From a bacterium (GTDB lineage: Bacteria > Zhuqueibacterota > Zhuqueibacteria > Oceanimicrobiales > Oceanimicrobiaceae): 18,048 bases of DNA. Where the stretch lies: NCBI GenBank assembly GCA_046758365.1, contig JBHIAC010000055.1:1-18048 (forward strand), written 5' to 3'. Each line of letters begins with the position of its first letter. Within the stretch, counting starts at the first letter, position 1. The notes below the pieces were generated by a model. That model made no database searches. It was not told the origin of the DNA and worked only from the letters and a program-made list of their open reading frames with translations. Positions 8,901 through 14,343 of the stretch are shown piece by piece. The position numbers and the translations under genes are program-made.

Positions 8901-9366
8901 GTTGCGAGCAGGGACGGAAAATGTACCAGCTATTGTTGGTCTCGGTAAAGCCGCGGAGTTGGCACTACAAGCCCTGCGGGACTCCGATAAAGTGAAATCA
9001 TTACGCGACAAATTAGAGGAGGGCATCAAAAATCTGGTTCCAGAAGCCAAATTGAACGGTCATCCGGAAAATCGGCTACCCAATACACTCAATTTGACCC
9101 TTCCGGAACTCCGTGGTGAATCGCTGGTTGTGGCCATGGACCAACATGGCATCTCCCTTTCTTCGGGATCCGCCTGTAAATCTGGGTCTCCTAAGCCCAC
9201 ACATGTGCTCCTGGCTATGGGCAAGACCGAAGAGGAAGCCCACTGCGCGGTACGGCTTTCGCTGTCTCATATCTCCACCGAGAAAAATATCGATGAGACA
9301 GTTTCAGCACTGGCGCAGATTCTGGAAGAGATGGAGACCACAGTCCGATTTCTCCCCTGTAAATAA
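5911..9366 (+). CDS. mes: Metallopterin (Mo/W bis-MGD) oxidoreductase fused to a PLP cysteine desulfurase; architecture of metallopterin-dependent ergothioneine synthase (MES)
   Basis: Residues 1-~723: [4Fe-4S] motif C19-C22-C26-C52, GSPNTMGVGALC157 (metal-ligand position as in acetylene hydratase), VVIDPRHTETA, RPGTDGALAL, ADIVLPATT and a C-terminal molybdopterin-binding domain. Residues 759-1151: YLDNNATT, GNPSSIH, HTDAVQA, SGHK967 (PLP lysine), SSGSAC1089 and a terminal PC1150K. No Tat or Sec signal. The domain calls are firm; the ergothioneine function is inferred from the match to the architecture of Caldithrix abyssi MES. Confidence 0.85.
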   Translation: MQNKIDYHKSDLKWKKGLCGICPAGCWVEVVLEDDKIVDIKQDTSHPLGMICQRGQHAPEIIYSEHRLKYPMKRVGPKGSHEFERITWDEAYDFIVEQLNKIKEESGPEAVAIYTGRGAFELSLCDMYQPKGVAVSSASNILFPFGSPNTMGVGALCYVSFAMIAPHVTMGRMLINMFTDMENAEMLVVWGANPATDSPPLDMHRLEAAAKRGADIVVIDPRHTETAIRTNAQWVPLRPGTDGALALSIIEVMIDEELYDEDFAENWCHGFEELKTYVQHFRPEVAETNTGVPADTIRDLARRICHATGACPVMYTGLEYSNSGIQAIRAVLTLFSLAGHLDVPGGLGLAMLNSHFPINRSCNQENPNLDLAVARTKFPIYSNYRGESHASGLVDSVLKGAPYRIRGLIIHGASLLTSWPQTPIWRETLAKLDFLVCIDRQLTADAAYADIVLPATTMFEIDSYMVYGAIFRLREKMIEPVGEARNDYLIMAELAERLGYGHLYPQTEEEMVHFALEGSGYTLEAVKAAGGWVKIPTPIMEYKKWQKGTLREDGKPGFDTPTGKFEIWSTILEEYGHEPLPKYTEPKEGPLASLDLAREFPLVFNSGARPHTDFRSQHHGIKGLVKDNPEPTVEINFQDAKERGIKSGDLVNVGTPRGSMPFRARVTKDIVQGAVECNMGGGTPIGPKAWQEWNVNELTDITNYDEISGFPVYKALLCDVVKIKQGTETTRRMVSKQVKACGPHLLFPQTPKRNTRKRIYLDNNATTRVADAVREAMLPYLETVHGNPSSIHGVGRDAREAVEQARRQMAKLINARPRRIIFTGGGSEADNLALKGVAFAPLDKHPAGSGQCDKGNHIITTRIEHPAILSTCAFLEKLGYKITYLEVDQYGWLPPDLLREAIQDNTILVSIMMANNEVGTIMPIKELCAIAHERDILFHTDAVQAVGKIKVDVEDLGVDLLSISGHKFHAPKGIGALYVRKGVELEPIIHGGKQENGLRAGTENVPAIVGLGKAAELALQALRDSDKVKSLRDKLEEGIKNLVPEAKLNGHPENRLPNTLNLTLPELRGESLVVAMDQHGISLSSGSACKSGSPKPTHVLLAMGKTEEEAHCAVRLSLSHISTEKNIDETVSALAQILEEMETTVRFLPCK

Positions 9367-9515
9367 ATGAAATGGGAAGATCTATTGGCGCTTGGATTTT
9401 AAGTCATTGTCTTTCAGTTGAGCGTGGACGCACGACTAAGAAACCATCCTGAAATTTTTAAATTGATTTCACAGAATCTATTAATTATTTTAAATAAGAG
9501 TCATAAAGGTGGGAT

Positions 9516-9863
9516 ATGTCTGATAATTACAGCAAAGTTATTGGATTTTTTGCCTATGCTTCTCGGACAGAAGTTGTTTGCACTGGTAAAGCCTGCGTAA
9601 TTTCTGGCTCGGAACAAGCTATGAAGGAGTATATCAAGGAGATAGATCCAGAAGGGAGAAAAACAAGGACAATAAAGAAGACCAGATTCGGCGAGATTCT
9701 AAAAGGGTTGGAGCTTGGAGCCGCCTACGCTTTTGATGAAGATTCATATGCAAGATTTTATCCCTTGGCCAGAAAAGCAGGACTCGATGTGCAGAAAGCC
9801 GATTTTCCAAAAAAGCAATCAGAAGGATTTAGGTTTTTCACTGTTGAATTAAAGTGTTTATAA
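9516..9863 (+). CDS. Hypothetical protein, 115 aa
   Basis: ATG preceded by AAGGTGGG; protein-like composition; no family recognised. Confidence 0.7.
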   Translation: MSDNYSKVIGFFAYASRTEVVCTGKACVISGSEQAMKEYIKEIDPEGRKTRTIKKTRFGEILKGLELGAAYAFDEDSYARFYPLARKAGLDVQKADFPKKQSEGFRFFTVELKCL

Positions 9864-9900
9864 CCAAATATTGTAAATATTTTAGGAATAAGAATTTTTA

Positions 9901-9929
9901 TTGACTTTTTCGTGACAAATATGTAATAT
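9901..9929 (+). promoter_or_regulatory. Putative sigma70 promoter
   Basis: TTGACT (9901-9906), 17 bp spacer, TAATAT (9924-9929). Confidence 0.45.
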
Positions 9930-10120
9930 AAAATTTAGATAGATTGTTAATATCCTTGATCTTAAAAATCCATGAAAACTAGTAAAAAAACTCCTAACGG
10001 ATCAACTATGAACCAAAAAATTATTGGAAGAATACGGCGAAAAATTAGTTTGTGTAAGATATATATATTAGGCAGTCTCTGTATATCATTACAAATTGAA
10101 TGTTATCCAGTTCGAGAAAT

Positions 10121-10150
10121 TTGATATTAGACAGAAAAACAGTATATAAT
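10121..10150 (+). promoter_or_regulatory. Putative sigma70 promoter immediately before the GTTATGC core site
   Basis: TTGATA (10121-10126), 18 bp spacer, TATAAT (10145-10150). Confidence 0.4.
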
Positions 10151-10348
10151 TCACTTGTTATGCCGAAAAGTTGAGAGCACAAAATAATGCAAGAAGTAAC
10201 AACGACGGAAATTTTCCAAACTACAGATCGCGGGGCATGGGAGGAGAGGCGAGCATCATTCCCCCCTCTCTCTCCAACTCCTCATCAAGTTGATATTGAA
10301 AGAAAACAGTTCGCAAAAAAATTGACAATACTCCGCCATATTTTACTA

Positions 10349-10377
10349 TTGCTTTTACAAGCAAATATCCTTAAAAT
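10349..10377 (+). promoter_or_regulatory. TA operon promoter with overlapping palindromic operator
   Basis: TTGCTT (10349-10354), 17 bp spacer, TAAAAT (10372-10377). The inverted repeat TTGCTT-TTAC-AAGCAA (10349-10364) covers the -35. A second candidate TTGACA-16-TACTAT lies at 10322-10349. Confidence 0.5.
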
Positions 10378-10421
10378 AAAGACAGTTGTAAAATTTAATC
10401 ATACAAAACGTGGTGATAGCA

Positions 10422-10652
10422 ATGACAAAAGCATTATTAGAACAAATGATCTTAGAAGAAACCAAGAATTTGTCTACTGAAACTTTGTATGAAATCTTGG
10501 ATTTTATAAAATTCAAAAAACTAAAGACCTATGGGAAAAAATCCTTTGAAAAAAATATAAAAACGGAATTGAGTGATCTCAATGAAATATCATTAATACA
10601 TTTAGAAGAAGAATTTTCAAACTATAAAGAGCTTTACCCACGTGAAAAATAA
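10422..10652 (+). CDS. Antitoxin of a type II TA pair (DUF2281-like, VapB role)
   Basis: 76 aa; helical N-terminus LSTETLYEILDFIKFKK and acidic C-terminus; overlaps the PIN gene by 11 nt; ATG 10422 follows GGTGA. Confidence 0.75.
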   Translation: MTKALLEQMILEETKNLSTETLYEILDFIKFKKLKTYGKKSFEKNIKTELSDLNEISLIHLEEEFSNYKELYPREK

Positions 10653-11034
10653 TTACGTCACTGATACAATGGCTTTGGTTTTACGACTTGAGAAAAGAAG
10701 ATTAAGTCGAAAAGTAAAAACTATTTTTGAGGATGTAGAAAAGGGGAATATAAAATTAATAGTTCCTGCGATGGTGTTGGCAGAAATTGGGTATTTGTCG
10801 GAAAGAAATAAAATTGATACCAACTTGAATGAAGTTAAAGATTATTGTCAGAAACATCCGACAGTTCAAATAGAACCTATAACGGAAGAAACAATTCACA
10901 AAAGTTTTGAAATTAATGATATACCAGAATTGCATGACAGAATAATTGCTGGAACTTCCTACCTAAGAAATTTAGAACTTGGTACCAACGATCAAATAAT
11001 TATAGATTCCAAATTTGTTTCTACTATTTGGTAA
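10642..11034 (+). CDS. vapC: PIN-domain ribonuclease toxin (VapC family)
   Basis: 130 aa, GTG start; PIN acidic residues in YVTDT, VLAEI, LHDRIIAGT and TND; coupled to the upstream small gene. Confidence 0.88.
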   Translation: MKNNYVTDTMALVLRLEKRRLSRKVKTIFEDVEKGNIKLIVPAMVLAEIGYLSERNKIDTNLNEVKDYCQKHPTVQIEPITEETIHKSFEINDIPELHDRIIAGTSYLRNLELGTNDQIIIDSKFVSTIW

Positions 11035-11146
11035 GAATTCAAGGAAAATTCTAGCATTCATTAAATTCAGTTGGTTACCCAAATAAGAGGCATAACAACA
11101 ACTGGAGCTGAGAGCAGGGATCCGGCTCGTAACGAGTGGGCATGTC

Positions 11147-11360
11147 TTAGGTAACTTTGTAAATCAGAATCCAATCGGGTTCAAGATGGCTAACCCGGAA
11201 TCTTTTCCAATTTCTAATTAACCGATGGTCTCTTTACTTTGGTTCAAGTTGCTCTTTGGCAACCAATTTCACAATGACTGTTCTGAGTATATCAAGATCC
11301 TTATCTTTTTTTTGACCTTTTTGTAGTCTTTTTTGAATTGGTGGTATAAAATATTCTCAA
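11147..11360 (-). pseudogene. yafQ: YafQ (RelE/StbE family) mRNA interferase toxin pseudogene
   Basis: The minus strand from TTG 11360 reads MRIFYTT / QFKKDYKKVKK / DKDLDILRTVIVKLVAKEQLEPK*RDHRLIRNWKRFRVSHLEPDWILIYKVT*. It has two single-base frameshifts (near 11340 and in the A-run at 11306-11313), an in-frame TAA at 11234-11236, and lacks the C-terminal RxGSHS motif. FKKDYK, RDH and HLEPDWILIY are YafQ hallmarks. Confidence 0.85.
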
Positions 11361-11361
11361 A

Positions 11362-11478
11362 GTTGAAGCAGATGAAAATGTGATGAAAGCACTTCGACAA
11401 GAAGCAAAAAAACTTGGTGTTTCAACAAGCCGACTTGCCAGTGATTTACTACGAAGACAAATCTCAACCACGTCCTAA
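11362..11478 (+). pseudogene. 3' fragment of a ribbon-helix-helix (CopG-like) antitoxin/regulator
   Basis: Reads VEADENVMKALRQEAKKLGVSTSRLASDLLRRQISTTS*. The LRQEAKKLGVS pattern is typical of RHH helices. An in-frame TAA at 11347 lies upstream, so the 5' part is lost at the junction with yafQ. Confidence 0.6.
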
Positions 11479-11515
11479 TTCTTTTTGTAACCGATACCTA
11501 TGAATTCATAGAAAA

Positions 11516-11947
11516 ATGCCTCGAGTTAAACTAAAATTACCAAAAAAATTTCTATTTTCTACCGAGATTCGGGTTCGTATTAGTGACATTAATTATGGCG
11601 GTCATCTTGGTAATGAAGCAATACTCGCTTTGATCCATGAAGCTCGTGTCAGGCTATTAAAAGAATACGGTTTCACTGAATTAAATATCGATGGATATGG
11701 GTTAATCATGATTAACTCTGTTGTTATTTACAAAACAGAATCTTTTTACGGTGAAACCTTGAAATTTGAAATCTCTACTGAAAACTTTGATAAATATGGC
11801 TGCGACTTTATTTATAAAATTACTAAAAAAGAAACGGGCAAAGAAGTAGTTCGAGCTAAAACAGGGATGGTATTCTTTGATTATGAAATAAGAAAAATAG
11901 CTGAAGTACCCAAAATATTTAAATCAATTTTCGCTTCGAAGGAGTAG
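11516..11947 (+). CDS. Hot-dog fold acyl-CoA thioesterase (4HBT/YbgC-like)
   Basis: VRISDINYGGHLGNEAILALIHEAR, YKTESFYGE, AKTGMVFFDY. Confidence 0.88.
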   Translation: MPRVKLKLPKKFLFSTEIRVRISDINYGGHLGNEAILALIHEARVRLLKEYGFTELNIDGYGLIMINSVVIYKTESFYGETLKFEISTENFDKYGCDFIYKITKKETGKEVVRAKTGMVFFDYEIRKIAEVPKIFKSIFASKE

Positions 11948-11963
11948 TGAAATCACTGGTCTT

Positions 11964-13355
11964 ATGGCCATTGAATTATATAATACTGATGCCTTTAGAC
12001 TTCTGCAAAATATGAAGATAATTAATTCAAACTATTTGATTCAACAGATTATAATCTGGGTAGCTGTAATTTTACTTCTACTAAAACTTGAGCTATTTAG
12101 TCAAACGCCTGTTGAACTTCAAAAGAAAGTAGATGAAATCCGAAAGGAGATTGTGGAGATTCGTGGTCTTAAGTTCAAACGTCCAGTACGAGTTATGAAT
12201 CAATCGCTTGAAGATTTCGGGAAATACCTTGACGCTATAATTGAGAAGCAGATGCCAGAAAAACGATTAAAGCATTATGGCAAGGTTGTGAAAATGCTTG
12301 GACTCTATAGGGGGCCCGAGCTCAAAGATTTTAAATCAATGGCTAAAACGATCATGCAGAGCCAGGCCGCAGCTTACTACGATCCTGCTTCTGAGACATT
12401 TTATGTGGTTATGCAAAAACTGCCAGAATATATGCTTAACAGTGTTTATGCACATGAAATTTACCACGGTTTACAGGATCAGTATTTTGATTTAGACACG
12501 TATTTACTTTCCCAAGCTCAAGGCAAGTTGAACGACGATGAACTGTTAGCCCGTCAGTCTGTTGTAGAAGGAGAAGCAACATACATTATGACCCTATGGA
12601 CCGTGAAGAAGTTATTTGGCTCGATTCCCGAACCTTCTCTTTTACAGATGACAATTAATATGCAAACACAAATGGATGTGTCAAAAATTCTTGATATGTT
12701 GAAAAGTGGCGTGGTTTCTCAATTACAGCAAGGAGACCTGGATACGGCTATTAAAGCGATGGAGAAAATTCCTCGATTTTTAATTGAAACATTAGTCGGA
12801 GCCTATCTCAAAGGCATGGGATTTATTTTTGAGATTCAAAAACAAGGCTGGCAAAAAGTTCAAAATCTTTACACTAATCCACCAAATTCAACAGAACAAA
12901 TTTTACATCCCGAGAAATGGTTAGCTGGGGAGCAACCATACATGTTTGAGTGGCCTTCGTTTAAAAATAATGCTCTATTTGCAGATTGGGTACTCCTTGA
13001 AGAAAATACAATTGGCGAGATACAGTGGCGAATCATATTTGCTGAGTATGATTTTGCACAAATCGGCAAAGCGGCTTCGGCTGGTTGGAATGGTGATTTA
13101 TACGCAGTCTTTAAAAATAAAAATGGCAAACATCTGCTATTACTTCTCTATACCAGTTGGGATTCGGAAGAGGAGGCCCAGGAATTTAACTCAGCTTACC
13201 AGAATCTCTTAAGAGTGAAATATCCGGACGGAATCAATAATGTAAAAGTTAAGGTTATCGATAAGGATGTTTTAATTGTTGAAGGAGGGGATGAAGGTTC
13301 CTTGGATGACTTGCTCAACTTCATGAAGAAAATCAGCCCGAGTATTCGGGATTGA
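11964..13355 (+). CDS. Exported HExxH zinc-metallopeptidase-like protein (start may be ATG 12012)
   Basis: N-terminal hydrophobic segment; IRGLKFKRPV, AAYYDP, AHEIYHGLQDQYF, downstream VEGEAT (gluzincin-like third ligand), PPNSTEQILHPEKW and AGWNGD. Confidence 0.8.
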   Translation: MAIELYNTDAFRLLQNMKIINSNYLIQQIIIWVAVILLLLKLELFSQTPVELQKKVDEIRKEIVEIRGLKFKRPVRVMNQSLEDFGKYLDAIIEKQMPEKRLKHYGKVVKMLGLYRGPELKDFKSMAKTIMQSQAAAYYDPASETFYVVMQKLPEYMLNSVYAHEIYHGLQDQYFDLDTYLLSQAQGKLNDDELLARQSVVEGEATYIMTLWTVKKLFGSIPEPSLLQMTINMQTQMDVSKILDMLKSGVVSQLQQGDLDTAIKAMEKIPRFLIETLVGAYLKGMGFIFEIQKQGWQKVQNLYTNPPNSTEQILHPEKWLAGEQPYMFEWPSFKNNALFADWVLLEENTIGEIQWRIIFAEYDFAQIGKAASAGWNGDLYAVFKNKNGKHLLLLLYTSWDSEEEAQEFNSAYQNLLRVKYPDGINNVKVKVIDKDVLIVEGGDEGSLDDLLNFMKKISPSIRD

Positions 13356-13411
13356 CAATATCCATAAAATTATTTTAAACAGATTTTTAAAATAATATAG
13401 AGGAGAAAAAA

Positions 13412-13819
13412 ATGTTTATCACTTTATTGCTGGTCACATTCGTAATTTCGTTTGCAGTCTGTTTCATTGTCGTCAAGATATTTCACACACCGCTCAATAG
13501 TATCCTAAATCGTCTCATTGAAGAAACAATCAGTAGCGCGTGGTTAAAATATCTTAAATTTGCAATTTACGTTGTCGGCATTTCATCTGGTGTTCGTATT
13601 TGGCAACTTGAAAAATACATCACACCATCTTCCGGAGAAGAAGCAAAGGTTATTACTTTAAATACTGATAGATGGATTCTAGAAGTTTATCGTACCATCA
13701 TTGGCACACTACAAGGGATCGCATGGCTTTTACTAGTATTTTTCATCTTTGCCCTTATTGCGTATGTAATTGTACGTGTTTTCGAAATGAAAAAAGGGTT
13801 GAGTAAAAAGGCTAATTAA
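13412..13819 (+). CDS. Small 3-TM membrane protein, hypothetical
   Basis: RBS GAGGAG; three hydrophobic helices; basic C-terminal tail. Confidence 0.85.
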   Translation: MFITLLLVTFVISFAVCFIVVKIFHTPLNSILNRLIEETISSAWLKYLKFAIYVVGISSGVRIWQLEKYITPSSGEEAKVITLNTDRWILEVYRTIIGTLQGIAWLLLVFFIFALIAYVIVRVFEMKKGLSKKAN

Positions 13820-14086
13820 ACAAATACTTAGCTTTATCAAAGCTTTGAATAAGGGCGCATATCGCAATGAAATCACCAAGCAACTTTTAAGAGTTGAAAT
13901 ATAGAACGGCAGCTTAATAATACAAGAAAAGCCAAAAAGAAGAAAGCGGAAAAAATTTTAAACAATTTGAAATATCTTCAGATAGGCAAAAGCTCTGAAA
14001 ATTATAGTCAAAGTTGGCATTGATGTTAGTACAAAAAACAATCAAAGCAATTGTTCAACAAAACGGACCCATTGTTGCAAAAGGTC

Positions 14087-14251
14087 ATTGCCGAAAACCG
14101 ATTGGCGCTCATCGAAGCCGGGTTCCCCGTCATGACATTTGAGGGAAACATGGGGGATGAACGTGAATATGATGAAGCTCGAATGATTGCCCGTATCGAT
14201 TCGTTCATGGAAACCCTAGGCGTTGATAAAATTAAGGAAGGAGTTGCTTAA
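14087..14251 (+). pseudogene. bzdO: Orphan C-terminal fragment of benzoyl-CoA reductase subunit BzdO (2-hydroxyacyl-CoA dehydratase D family)
   Basis: [45 protein letters not shown] matches my recollection of the BzdO C-terminus (ENRL...[18 protein letters not shown]...R.D.FME.LG). The rest of the gene is absent upstream. Confidence 0.75.
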
Positions 14252-14287
14252 AAAAGAAATCAGCTCGGACATTCGGGATTGGCAATA

Positions 14288-14310
14288 CAGATGAGTTCGA
14301 TTGTTAGGCC
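14288..14310 (+). mobile_element. Right half of an attC-like site
   Basis: CAGATGAGTT-CGATT-GTTAGGC(C): an L'-like box followed by a consensus GTTRRRY (14303-14309), 34 nt before the GT39 start. No complementary left arm is visible. Confidence 0.35.
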
Positions 14311-14343
14311 CAAAATCTGAAATTCATAAAAAGATGTAAAAAC

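Larger units (their letters stand above)
10155..11146 (+). mobile_element. Probable integron gene-cassette remnant carrying vapBC (left core site plus truncated attC)
   Basis: TTGTTATGCC (10155-10164) is the exact reverse complement of GGCATAACAA (11089-11098) downstream of vapC. The latter is followed by ACTGGAGCTGAG, resembling an attC L'' box. The attC right arm is absent and the yafQ remnant lies in its place. No integrase is present in the window. Confidence 0.5.

Noticed and set aside
6282..9370. Overlapping alternative-frame and antisense ORFs inside the fusion gene (e.g. 7456-8142 minus, 228 aa)
   Set aside because: Shadow ORFs expected in GC-rich coding DNA; no motifs.
9367..9402. 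Mini-ORF MKWEDLLALGF* directly after the mes stop, possibly the stub of the donor operon's next gene
   Set aside because: 11 codons is too short to assign.
9418..9600. 60-aa TTG ORF
   Set aside because: Overlaps the better-supported 9516 gene and has no RBS.
10187..10480. 97-aa ORF upstream of the antitoxin
   Set aside because: Runs through the TA promoter and hairpin and overlaps the antitoxin out of frame; composition is not protein-like.
13900..14035. Possible long attC-like element (TAGAACGGCAG...GATGTTAGTAC)
   Set aside because: The ends are not convincingly complementary; a covariance-model hit would be needed.
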